A DNA stretch of 46,220 nucleotides, taken from assembly GCA_010093705.1 (NCBI GenBank), contig MU006103.1:434001-480220 (forward strand), given 5' to 3'. The stretch comes from Patellaria atrata CBS 101060 (lineage: Eukaryota). Positions 11,474 to 23,823 of this stretch are shown here, piece by piece. The translations under genes were made by a program, and so were the position numbers. The first letter of the stretch is position 1; each line of letters starts with the position of its first letter. A model generated the notes under the pieces. It saw nothing but the letters and a program-made list of their open reading frames with translations, had not been told where the DNA came from and made no database searches.

Positions 11474-13905
11474 CATCATTGAAAGAAGGTTGGTTGTCTA
11501 TGCCGTGGCATGTTGAAAAGAAATGCTCAGTAATACTTGAGTTCCTTCCTCCCTATCTTTCTCATAAGCATAGGGTGCCACCATATCCGTGAACAAGGGG
11601 CAATACAAGTTTCACGGTCAATGGATATCAACCCTTAAACTCACCCGAAAGAATCATTAATCGCAAGCACCGTTGAACGACTTAGCGAGAAATATTCTCA
11701 ATATGCTCCCACACCAAGTTCCACTTACTATTCGGCTTGACACATGATCATATCAAAACTTGGTGTAGTGTCAGTTAAAGTCCGCTCAACCAATCTCATT
11801 CACTAGTTGCGAGAAGCAACGTAATCCACGTTTCATAAATTTCGGGAAACTATCTCTTATCCTCTTCGGCGCTAAATGACTTTCCATAATACGATTTCTT
11901 AAGACATCTCTTAGTATAAGGTTTCCGCGAGGACTGTTCTACCAATTCCCCAGGTCATAGAGTAAAAGCGTCTTATTGTAGGAAGCTAAAGACTAGCAAG
12001 AATACGTTCTACTCGACAGCACACCAACGAGTCTATGTCGGACATTCTAGGTCAGTCAGCCCCTTATCGAACACCGTGGTACCATCTTAACTGAGGGACT
12101 CAGCGCTTAAGAATCTAAGCTGTCACGAGCATGCTCATGGGTGGTATTTATCAGTCTAAGCTTCCGACAGCAACAAGTGTGCTACAGAGGCGCAAATTTC
12201 AGCTGGTAACGAATACTTAACTGGAATTTGTTGTAGAAAACAGGTAGGGTTCCTCGCTGTTGGTAGTGTGGCTGCTCCCATATGTGTTGTGTGGTTGCTG
12301 ATTGTAATGGTTTAATACCATGTAAGGTAATTAGGTATTCAGTCTTCCTTGCAAACGACTCTGGTGTTGAACTAGCCGAAAAGGTCGCTGTGGACTGTTG
12401 TACCACGTCCTGATCGTGCCTCGTGCTCTCAAAAGGATGCACCGTAATCATAATACTCAGCTTCTAAATAATCTCAATAGGACCCGAGGGATCAAGACCT
12501 CTTTGTGAAAAAAATCTATCGTGTTAAGATATCTAGATTGGGCATCAGGTTTGTGGCATCAAACGATCTAACGCGGTCTAACTATAGCAAGGCTAACGAG
12601 AAGACAGCATGCCAAGTTGATGCCTTAACGCCAGACGCCACAATCCATATTCCATCAATCTCTTCTTCAATTATGCGGAGATTGAATCTCTCGAGGCTTC
12701 GTCGATGATCTTGAGCAGTTTCGCAACCTTCATTTTTCCGGACAACTCTGCTCGCACCAGGACTCAGGACCTGAGCCTAGGACCCATTGTGAAAGGTGAT
12801 AAGCTTTGATGAATCCATTCATGGAAGCAACAGCAAAATGTGACATGTCAGAAATCCTGAGCCGTGGACACTCAAGGTCTGCTGTACAACAACCCCTTAC
12901 TCGAAGCTAACGGGCACAACTGATGAGTGTACGACCATCGTGAGTATTGAAAAATTCACACGAGCCCAATAAACAAATGTTCAACCCAATATCACCAGGA
13001 ATGCGTTAGCCAATATGATAGGCAAGATGTCAAGGACCCAATTTCCGAATTGGACTATGTCAGAATCGCTTTCCGATATATTTTAACGCCCATCGTAACC
13101 TATCAGCAAGATGATTTAGTGGGACTCTCGGAGTCATATTACCTTCGTCGCTGTATCAATAGCAAGGAAGTGTCCTTCTTTCGGGAGCTGGTATCGGCTG
13201 CTGTCTGTCCTCTATTAATGGATCGAAGTGGATACACATCTTTACAATAAGTGAATACAGGAAGGCTTTTTAGACCATGTTTCACCAAAGTTGTTCAAAT
13301 AACATATCATGAAGGATCTCCAAGTTGGAACATTACTATGATTCATCGTCTAGTCTATAAGTTTAGGATATTTCACTAGCTGACCCCTCAAACATCTATC
13401 TCCTAGTTGAAATCACACATTATATGGAGACCAACCGGTAAGAGAGCACTATTACTCTTATTTTGAAACACTAGACCATTTCATTTTCGCTAGTCATCGC
13501 TTTCAGCTGTCGGCACTATCTTCCCCTTCGCCAGGGTACTTAGCCTACAGTGTGTTTCCATATAGAGGACATCTGACCTGAACTGTACATGCACGTAAGA
13601 CTTAGCATAGATAGAATTCAACTACACATCATTAATATATTCTGAGCGTACGAAAAGTCCGGGAGTCGCCAACTGGATCCAAAGAATGAATAATAGCGCC
13701 CAAACCCACAGGTAAGTCCAAAGCCCACCTTCCTTCCCCATGATGAGTAAGATACACCCTTAACAATTAGAACCTCTCACCTCAGAAAATGTTATTCGTC
13801 AAACCCACCACCTCTAGCACGTCTCCCGCCTCCAGGAACTCCCAACATCAAGCTTCACAACGACAGAGCACGGCACCGCTCACCCGTCTAAAGACAGGCC
13901 TAGAT

Positions 13906-13974
13906 GCAGAGACCCGTCAGAGGCAAAGATCCGCCCAGCCGCAGAGACCCGTAAGACGCAAAGACCCGTCGAAC
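13906..13974 (+). repeat. Degenerate minisatellite, four units of 17-18 bp
   Basis: GCAGAGACCCGTCAGAG / GCAAAGATCCGCCCAGCC / GCAGAGACCCGTAAGAC / GCAAAGACCCGTCGAAC, starting at 13906, 13923, 13941 and 13958. Confidence 0.6.
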
Positions 13975-14594
13975 GACTCGGGCGTCAAGCTGTCACAGAA
14001 GGAAATACCCCGTCAACCTGAATACGCAAATTTAATCTCATCCCTCAAACCTTAACCTAGACCGGCAAACCCTGGATCTCCCTTAACACACCCTAGAAAG
14101 GGGGGCGGATACATACCTACATGTGTGATTAGACAACATATATACACGCTGCCCTAACTCTGCTTGTCATTTCTTCAGTATCAGCTTCTTTCATCGCCAA
14201 TGGAAGGGTTCGTAAATTTTTATGACATGGGGTAGTGAGTTTCTAAGGCAGTCTTCTGTGATCACACCACCCTTCCTTTTATCTAAGTAATTGGAAAAAA
14301 CGAGATCGGACTTCCTATTTGCTTCTTCCACTTCAGTGTACAGCCCCTTACTATACCATCAAGAGCCGCAACAGTAGGCCCCATATACGCACGTTAGAAT
14401 CAAGTAGAACATTCAAGTGATAGCCAACATAGAGACATTCAATTCGATTTAAACTCACATAACCCTCCAATCAATCGCCCTTTCGGCCGCGGAGCAAATC
14501 CACAGCGGCACACCAAGAAACTAACCTACATTTTCCCGAGCTCATATCAACACCATTGACAATCCTCGACTGGGTCTGATACAATGCTGTTCGC

Positions 14595-16334
14595 CTAATA
14601 CTCGCCTTCTTCTTCACCCTCCTCGATGCTGTCGCTGCTCACCTCCTCATAGTCCTTCTCCAGCGCCGCAAGGTCTTCTCTCGCTTCGCTAAACTCACCT
14701 TCCTCCATACCCTCACCGACATACCAGTGCACGAAAGCGCGCTTGCTGTACATGAGGTCAAACTTGTGATCAAGTCTGCTCCACGCTTCGGCGATTGCCG
14801 TAGTGTTGGACAGCATGCTGACAGAGCGGTCGACGGGAGCAAGTTCGCCACCGGGAACGCGGACTGGCTTTTGGTAGTTGATGCCAAGCTTGAAGCCGGT
14901 AGGGCACCATTCGACCAGGTTGAAGGAAGCTTTAGCCTTGAGCGCGGCGACGGCAGCGTTGCAGTCGCGTGGAACGACATCACCTCGGTAGAGGAGGGCA
15001 ACAGCCATGTACTTGCCGTTTCGGGGATCGCAGACGACCATCTGGTTGTGGGGCTCGAAGCCTGGATTTTTGTTAGCTACGACATTTTGGGCCGAGAATT
15101 GACGAAACATACATTGGAAAGTCAAATCGTGGACCTTGAAACTTTCATGGGAGCTCTTCTTGCTTGAGATGACAGGTGCGTAGCTTATTAAAGGATAATG
15201 GATACGAGGATAGGGGACTAAGTTTGTCTGAAACTCGTTCAAATCCACGTTGAGAGCGCCATCGAAGCGGAGACTAGACGTGATTGAGCTGACTACCTGG
15301 GCAATGAGCTGGTTGAGGTGAGCATAATCCGGACGTGGGATGTCGAGATTGCGGCGGCAAATATCATATACAGCTTCATTATCAACTAAAAAGGTGCAAT
15401 CTGAGTTCTCGATGGTGCTGTGAGTGGACAGAACGGCATTGTAGGGCTCAACAACGGAGGTCGAAACGCGAGGAGCAGGGTAAACAGCGAATTCGAGCTT
15501 GGACTTCTTGCCATAGTCCGTAGAGAGACGCTCCAAGAGGAGTGCACCAAAACCGGAACCAGTGCCACCGCCAAAGGAGTGGAAAATCAGGAACCCTTGG
15601 AGAGAGGAGCAATTATCTAGTGATTATGAGTGATGCTTGATGCTGATTGATGTAGATATCATACGTACCGGCAACGCGACGGATGCGATCAATCACACTG
15701 TCAACCAGTTCTTTTCCAATCGTGTAGTGACCACGAGCATCTGCAACCCCCGTCAGTTCCTTGTACATATCAACCCCTATTTTACTAACAATTGTTCGCA
15801 GCGTCCTCCTTGCCACTGATGAGAAGCTCTGGGTGGAAAAGTTGACGATAGGAACCGGTGCGGATTTCATCAATAGGCTAGGTGGGATAATATTAGATCG
15901 GAAAGCGTCATATGTGTATCGGTACATGGCACTTACGGATGGGTCTAAGTCGACGAAGATAGAGCGAGGGACGTATTTTCCGCTTCCAGTCTCAGTGAAA
16001 AAGGTTCCGAGAGAACCACCATCAACATCACTCAGTTCCGGATCAGGGCGTCCATCTGCTTTAAGACCGTGCTCGAGAAGATATCTGAAGTATGATTGTC
16101 AGTTTGGGCATTTTACAATGGGAGTCGATTTCCTTACAGCTCCCAAGCACTATTGCCTAATTGAGTTCCGGCCTGGCCGATGTGAAGGTGGCAGATCTAT
16201 ACATCGAAGCATTTTCATCAGCATTACATATCGTATAAGGACATCGAATGGCATGTTTATGCCTATTGCCGAATTGAACGCGTGAGAAACGCGGGGCAGA
16301 GAGGGTTAAGGTATCAACTCACTTCACCCCGCAT
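14595..16334 (-). CDS. Alpha-tubulin (MRGE-type, alpha-2/TubB-like paralogue)
   Basis: Multi-exon gene: [30 protein letters not shown]...[20 protein letters not shown]...KEDAANN|YARGHYT..|[22 protein letters not shown] (tubulin signature), [21 protein letters not shown], acidic tail ending EGEY. Confidence 0.97.
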
Positions 16335-16890
16335 TGTTTATATCTGCAGATATACAATTGAGAGCTTGACTGAAGAGATAGTATAGTAGGCGAAAAAGAG
16401 CTCTTGAGAGGAGGTGGTGCTGGCCAGTTGGTGTTTTGGCAAGTCGAAGTGTTTTTGGATTGGGTGAGGACCAACTAGGGAGGTTTATGTTATGGCGGTG
16501 TGCGTGTGCGGTTATGCTACAGATGGGGGAGAGGGGCGAGACGCTAGTACTAGAAAGGCAAAGTGAGCTAGTAGAGGGCGCTAGCGACAAGGCTCGTGCT
16601 CTGGACTTTATCACTACATCAAATGTCCACTGTATATTCATTACTTAGCCCCTTATGATCAGAAATTTAGTATCTACTTATAACTATCGAATAATGCTGT
16701 TGCACCCAGCGTGTCGATGCTTGATAGAATAATGAATGCACCTAATGCCTCCATTAAAAAAAAAATTAAATTTTCACTATGTGCGCTGAATATCCATGCA
16801 AATTCCTTTCCTTTCCGATATCCTCCATCATCAGGCAGCACTTTTCTCTGAAAGATGATTTATACAAGAAGACATTATATATCAACCACA

Positions 16891-18737
16891 CTAGCTATGC
16901 GTCGGCATTACTACGCTTGCTTTACTTGCCACTGCATCCTCACTTCTCCACAAGCTCGTGACAGTCTTCTGCTGCGTGTAGAACTGGAGCCCGGGTTTGC
17001 CGTAGAATGTGTTGGCTCCTCCCCCGGCGATGCTCTTCTTGTTTCCTGTAAATGAGAACATGGGAAGCTAGAGCGTGGTTAGTTTTGTTTTGATATCAGG
17101 TAAAGGATATGGTGGACTTACAGGAACTGGGATTGGTACGTTAATCCCAACTTGACCAGCTTCGATTTCACGTTGGAACCGGCCAGCAGTTGGTCCACTG
17201 CGTGTAAAAATTGCAGTACCGTTACCGTACTCATTGCTGTTGATTAAATCGATGGCCTCTTCGATCGTGCTTACATTAAGACAGACGAGAACTGGTCCAA
17301 AGATCTCCTCCCTGTAGCATCGCATGTGTGGCTTGACGTTGGCGATGATCGTAGGGCCAATCCAATTACCGTTGGGATACTTTTCTGGTTTTTGACCTCT
17401 ACCATCCAAAAGAATGGTTGCACCCTCTTCTTCTGCGCTCTGAATCAAACTTTCGATTCGCTTCTTAGCTTCGGGACTAATGACTGGACCCAATTCCGCA
17501 CCCTCCTCAAAGCCACCGTCCATCTTGATACTCTGTGCGCGTTCCGCTAATTCTTTTACCCATTCCTTCGTTTCGCCCACCATGACGCATGTGCTTAAGG
17601 CCATGCATCGCTGACCGGCAGCTCCGAATGCAGCACCTGCAATTGCGTTCAGAGCATGGTTCTTGTTACAATCCGGTAACACGGCCGCATGATTCTTTGC
17701 CCCAAGATTTGCTTGCACACGTTTTCCGTTTGCTGAACCTCGTGTGAAGATGTATTCTCCCGCCTTGTTGCTGCCTACAAAACTGATAGCCTTAATACGG
17801 GGTTCATCGATGATAAAGTCAACGGTCTTTGCGGCTCCATGAATAATATTCACAACTCCAGGAGGAAAGCCTGCCTTTTCGACCAATTCTGCAATGATCA
17901 TGGTCGCGCCAGGATCCCGTTCTGAGGGCTTGACGATGATCGTGTTACCAGTAACGGTGGCGATGGGAATGCACCAGAGAGGGATCATAGCGGGAAAATC
18001 TGCGGAGAAGATCAGCAATTCGTGCAAGATACAGAGTTGAGAATATGAAACTTACTGAATGGACAAATTGCGGACACGACTCCCAATGGCTCTCTGTAAC
18101 TTCTTGTCTCCATATCCTTGGCCACTTCTAGAACCTCTCCAGTCATTTGAGTGGTAATGCCGCATGCTGTTTCTGCAACCTGCAAACCCCTTAGTACGTC
18201 GCCCTTCGCATCTGCGAAAGTCTTTCCCTGCTCGATTGTGATGCTCGCCGCCAGTCTGTCCCAGTTCTCACGAATGAGGGAAACAAATTTGAACATGAGC
18301 TGCTGTCTGTGAAGAATACTCGTTTGCCGCCATGATTTGAAGGCCTTCTCCGCACTGTCCACAGCCGCTTTCATCTCAGCATCTGTACTTTGAGGTACTC
18401 TTGTGACAAGATTGTTGGTGGCAGGATCGTATAAGTCAATCCATTGTGTAGCTTGAGAATCAACGAACTTATTATCAACGAAGCCTTTGGTGTTAACCGG
18501 GTTCGAGATACGTTCGTGGGTGGTTGGGTACGATTCCGCTGTGGTCGCTGTGGTGGTGGATGCGGCGAGGTGGTTCACCGTAGCATGTAACCTTCGGGCG
18601 GCTACTTTATTTAAACTCGAAGATGATGGGGCCATGATTGCAGCTGTTTTTGGAGAAGTGTATATTGAGCGTTGGATCGAAGGTCTGATTGTTGTGAGTA
18701 CACCGATGTTTCGTGGAAGAGCTCGTCGAGCTGCCAT
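16891..18737 (-). CDS. Methylmalonate-semialdehyde dehydrogenase (ALDH6/MmsA), mitochondrial
   Basis: Arg/Ser-rich presequence, [47 protein letters not shown], catalytic [17 protein letters not shown] and [17 protein letters not shown]; two introns. The start could alternatively be the later MAPSS ATG. Confidence 0.95.
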
Positions 18738-19446
18738 TCTGACGGTCTGAACTCCGTAGAGCGGAATTAACAACTTGAATGAAAACTATGGAGCAACGAT
18801 TGCATGAGAGGGGAAAAAAGGGATAGATAAAAGTTGTTATAGTCAGTTAGTTGCAGAGGCAAATACTTTATTCAATGTAGTAAAATTGCGGCTACGGCTA
18901 CGGTTATCCGCTACACTCTTTTGGTTTATTCTATCAGAGTGATGGGAATTGCGGCGGGGAGTCGATGGTTTGCTCGTATGCCGAGGAATCGGACATGGAT
19001 GGACAGATGGAAGGGAAAGCCGCGAACAGCCGATTAGCGTACAGTTCGAACAATATTCTGTACAAATGTACGCCTCAAGTATAAAACTTTTCTAACAGGT
19101 ACCCGACCTCCACTGTCCATTAACGCTTAATCACTCGCATATTGTATTCATGGTATAGAGCTCGGTGCCTGTATTCGCAGGAGGATCAACTACAATACTC
19201 ATGCTTGAAAAGCTTCACCCCTACAGTAGTTTAGAACACAGGACATGTCGTTCGTAAGGACGCCAGAAAAGATTTGCAGCAGCCTATCCCTAATTAATGC
19301 CTTGAATCACAAAGTCTTGCTTGCGTCGGCCTTTACACAGCAAGGTCACATTGCCCTATGTGCAATACCCCTAAGACAACTCTATCACTACTGACTTCTA
19401 AGAACCCATTTTGCTTTTGTTATCCTTTGGAAACACCAACTCTGAC

Positions 19447-21411
19447 TTATGACGCAGAGGAACGGGTCGTACGCTTATTCACCTCTGCCTGTACCTTCTC
19501 AGCACCTGAGCTGACAGCCTCAGCAGCCTTGTCCTTAGCATCAACTGCCGCATCCTTTGCCTTTTGAGCGGCATCTTTGACCTGCTCCTTGGACGGAGCA
19601 GAGGCACCGCCAAGAGCACCAACTGATAGGAGCACGACGGACAAAAGAATTGCGGCAATGGTGCCTGAAACTTCTGGTACAAATTTTATAGCTTGAATTG
19701 GATCACTCTTAGCAATGGTCAAGAAGAGGTCAACCTTCTCACGGATAAAGAGGAGTGGATTATCCAAAAACTTGAGATCGGAAGGTGAAGATGGCTTGTC
19801 TTCACTCTTTGGCTTGTTAGCTTCCTCCTCTGCTTTCTCAGCGGCAATCTTCTTGTCGAATGTTTCCTTCTGAAGCTTGAGTGCGTCCTCAACTGAATGG
19901 CCGATGTAGATATTGTCAAAGAGGATATCACTCTGCATGGTCCAAAGCTCGAATCCAATCTAACATTTCTCTAGTTAGCGTGAAAGTAGGCTTTTAGAAT
20001 AGGTTGTACTTACGGCTCCCATAGGCTCGAAATTGGCAGGTGCCTTGTCCTCATAGTAATCCGGGTTAGGAATCTTCCGAGGAGCCCATTCACCCTTGTA
20101 TGCCGGGTTATCAATGTAAGGTGCGGACCACTTTCCCTTATAATCTGGGTTCTTCTTCGTGGGCTTTTCCCAGGGACCGCATCCAGACACATCATCACAC
20201 TTAGGGTTGGCGACCTGCGGGGGAACCCAGTCACCATCTTCCTCATCATCCCAGTCTTCCGGCTTCTCGGCCTCTGGATCAGGGATCATTGTAGGTTCAT
20301 TTTCAAGCCAGTCATCAGGCTTAGTAGCTTCCTCGTCGACAATTTCGTAGGGTGCATCTTCATCCCAGTCCTCAGGCTTCGTTGCCTCTGGATCTGGGAT
20401 CTTAGCATCATCGACCCAGTCTTCCGGCTTGGTATCCTTCGGGTCATTAATCTCTTTATCAGGGTTGACAGCTGGGTTGAAGTCTTCAAATAGACTACCA
20501 TTCTTTGACCTCTCGCCATCAAGTTTGATCTCGTAAGTCTGATCAGGGTTAACAATAAGAGTGTATAGACCAGTAAGTTTCGTGGTCTTAGCCATCGGTG
20601 GGACCATGAGATGCTTTTCTTCGTATTCACCGCTTTTAGGATTCTTGTGCCTGAAGATGAAATGAACCTAAGCAGGTGATGTTAGAGTTTACACTCCCTC
20701 TGTAGGATACTCAAAGAGAGAAGATTACCTTGTTTGTCGCGCCACATTTGTCTGGCCCGAACATAATAATATACGGAGATGCGTTTGAAAATTCGTCTGC
20801 GTGAAGAGCCTTGTTATCTTGGAGAAGCTTTAGATATGCTCCACCGCATTCAAGACCATCTGTTCGTAGTTAGAGCAGATCGTGGATTCCCAAAACATGC
20901 AAAACTCACTCTGTGTCTTAACTTCGTATTGTACAACAAGAGTCTTCCCCTTGTTGTTGATTGGCTTCTTGAATTTGGCGGAGATAGCATGATGAGCGGC
21001 CTTATCTTTAACAACCAAGCCTTTATCACCTTCCATACCCTTCAGGACAGATGGCTCTTCAACGGACCAGGTACCTACGTATGCCCATTCCTCTTCTGTG
21101 GACTTGTCGTTTTGCTTCTTAGCATGTGAGGGTTGCCATCGTGTTTCCCAATCGTCAGTGAACTGTTCGAGGAAAGGTGCTTTGAGTGTTGTAGGCTAAG
21201 CATTGAATGGTCAGTTAGGGGAAGGTTTGATGTGTGATCAATGTTACAAGCTTACAGTAAAAGTAGGTTTTGCAATCGATGAGGTAGCAGACTCTACTAC
21301 CGATGATACAGAGGAGGCAGCATCAACGAGAGGCTCCTCCAGATCATCAGCGACGTCAGCACGAACGACCGAAGCAGCTGCGAAAGCTACAGCGAGAGCG
21401 TGGAAACGCAT
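19447..21411 (-). CDS. CNE1: Calnexin
   Basis: Signal peptide [51 protein letters not shown]-domain repeats (KPEDWD; GxWxxPxIxNPxY), [10 protein letters not shown]-terminal TM helix; four introns. Confidence 0.96.
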
Positions 21412-22407
21412 TGTGAGAGGTTCTCACCACCAAATAGGACTATATAATGATAATTGGGTTTTTGTGGGTTGACTAAAGGTTCTAAGAAGGGTTGTGGAGT
21501 TAGCAGGATTGTGATAGATAGTTATAAACGTTAGCACAGACGTTGTAACAAATTGGACAGATTTCAGAATCGCGATGGAAAGTTCGAGGGCGGGGAGGCT
21601 GGAGCTTCCTGATTGGCGTGACTTGGTTTAACAGTCTCGCTTGTAAGCACCACCTAAACGTCTACGCCTCCACGGATATACTTCAATATCATCCCAACTT
21701 CTTCATTTTGCAATCTGTTCTTCGGGAGTTGGTATCTCCATGCTTATGGCTAAATACCGATACTTATTCTCCACTAGAATGTAGAACTTATAAAATCAGC
21801 ATGAAGAATACTAGTTATTTATTAATGAAGGTAGAGATGGGATGGTATTATTATCCTTCTCCTCTGTCACAACGTCTTCAATAATCTCCGGTGTTATTTC
21901 TTTCTAATTCAAAACTGTCAATAACAGTAATCTAATTCTTCCGCTCCTTACGACTAATAAAAGGGAAAGAGCATTACGCATCTTCTTTCCGTCCCTTCCT
22001 CCATTGTAGGCTACCTTACTCAGCCCAAATCCTTCTTCCTGAAGTGGTTGTCAGTCCTGTTTCTTTATTTGTCAACGCGTTCTCAGCTTACTATACTCTT
22101 ACTATACGAGAATCTCCAGCTTGGTCAATACTCTACACAGACACAGGAGCTCTCACGTGTAGCAGTATTTTTTTTATTACTCCTTTATGTATACAAATAG
22201 TACACAATTAACGAATATTGACCTCAATAATTGAGGAGATAATGGCCATCGATATTGCGAAGTAAATAAAAGTTCAAATGTCTAAGTACCTTATTCCGTA
22301 CTTTCATCTCATTTTAACAGTAGATCATACTTTTATTAGCCTATCACTATCTTACCAGTGCAATTAGGGTTGAAATCCACCATCCATGGATATTCTCAGC
22401 ATTTACC

Positions 22408-23224
22408 TTAGTCAGCGACCCATTCCTCGCGCCAGAACTCAATCACACCAACAGCGTCATCCCCAATGTGCTGTTGAAGGCGTTTCAATACTTGTCGATC
22501 CCCGCTTGTCTCTCCCATCATCAGCATGTCTCCATCCTCGTCCGGTGCTTGCCGTGACCCTACTATGTACGCAAGCTCCCGCAAATTGGTACAGAAGTCC
22601 GTAAGTCCCACTACAGTCTCGTAGCTCATTGGTGGGGATGTGGAACACCAAGGTAACAGTTCGAAGGCGTTTGGTGCATATAAAAAGTTCCTGGTATCGA
22701 CTTGAGAAGATGTATCAATTACCCGAAGGTACCTACGTAGCAATGACTCGAATCCAGAAAGATTCGGAAGAGGTAGTACCGGGATAGCTGGTAATTCGAC
22801 CATTGACGTGAGCATTATTGTTAACTGCATATACGCGTGAACGCTTGGGGCCTGCGCGCTTGCACTTTCATACGAGGTAGTTGAAGCTGAACTCGAAAGA
22901 AGAATCACAATTGCTAGGTTCGTCCCTGCAGTAAGTGCTGCAAAATGCTGAATACGGGAATGAGTATGGGATATAGCAGATGATGAGGCACAAGATGGTC
23001 CGAGGAGGAGTAAGCGTAACGGATACTTGGCGTTGGGATTATTCGATAGAGGTAAAGAAACATCATGTGTTTCTAGGGTATTCTCTCAAATATTGTTAGT
23101 TTTCGTTCATACACGATATGATCGATGACACTTCGATACCCTTTAGGTTGAAGCCCTGCTTTGCTGTAAGCAGTGGGACGATGCCCGAGAAAGAGGGTCG
23201 ACGACGCAGAGTTGAGCAGAACAT
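22408..23224 (-). CDS. Uncharacterised ~249-aa protein with an ERCC4-like plus HhH-like pattern (possible Spo16/SCRE/FAAP24-like)
   Basis: The frame of the 22408-22908 ORF stays open up to a TAG acceptor at 23073 (branch ACTAAC). Exon 1 (23224-23140, donor GTATCG) joins in frame. C-terminus reads LTDFCTNLRELA...IGDDAVGVIEFWREEWVAD. The gene is well supported; exon 1 and the family call are less certain. Confidence 0.65.
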
Positions 23225-23823
23225 AGCCCGGTGTGAGAGCCTTCAAATTTGATATAGAAGTTGGACGGTATATATAAGGTACCTTAGGTATTCGGGTAGT
23301 TTTGTCAAGCGATAACTGGAGTTCCTGGTATACCTGTTTATGGAAAGAGCACTGGAGATACCCACACTTGTGCCGTGCACTCATTAGCGGAGAAGTCGAA
23401 TTTTCAAGGTTGGAAGAACGATAATTCATTTTAATAACTGCAAATCTGAAGGAATAAATGGTATCCATGGTTATTTACATGTTGCATCACAATTATTGAT
23501 GAATGTATGCACAAACTTTGTCTAGTAGAGGGAAATTTGGGAGAAGATAGACCTTTAAGCTCAGCTTCGGGTTCAATCCCTTGATATGTCTTCTACAGAC
23601 GTCTGACCTTTTTACACAAAGTGACGCTATTGACGTCTTCGGTGATGAGTGGAGGTATAGTACGTAGAAATGTACTGCCGAGAGTGGAGAGAAGGCCGTA
23701 GTACGTCGTGCGATTAAGCGATTGTCTGAAAAATTGGTAGAGCACTATCCTTCCGGCTTTATTATAGATCCTCCTTGAAATGGTAGCAAGATAGGTGGAC
23801 TTATACTTAGAGCAGGATTGAAC

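Noticed and set aside
7585..13250. Many 60-120 aa ORFs in the gene-poor island
   Set aside because: No recognisable domains, transposase or reverse-transcriptase motifs, or consistent splice structure; lengths are compatible with random ORFs.
20010..20450. Periodic repeats that could suggest an array or CRISPR
   Set aside because: They are the coding P-domain repeats (KPEDWD) of calnexin; the window is eukaryotic and has no cas genes.
21597..21615. CCAAT-N9-CCAGC on the minus strand of the calnexin promoter (ERSE-like)
   Set aside because: It mismatches the CCACG half-site, and ERSE depends on ATF6, which fungi lack; only a plain CCAAT box is supportable.
23569..23580. GGGTTCAATCCC, resembling a tRNA T-arm or B-box
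   Set aside because: No acceptor stem, D-arm or anticodon arm can be folded around it.
23593..23823. 76 open codons after the OPA3 TGA, ending KVRRL (possible readthrough or PTS1)
   Set aside because: The stop context TGA-G is not the leaky TGA-CTA type, RRL is not a canonical PTS1, and one such run among ~15 genes is plausible by chance.
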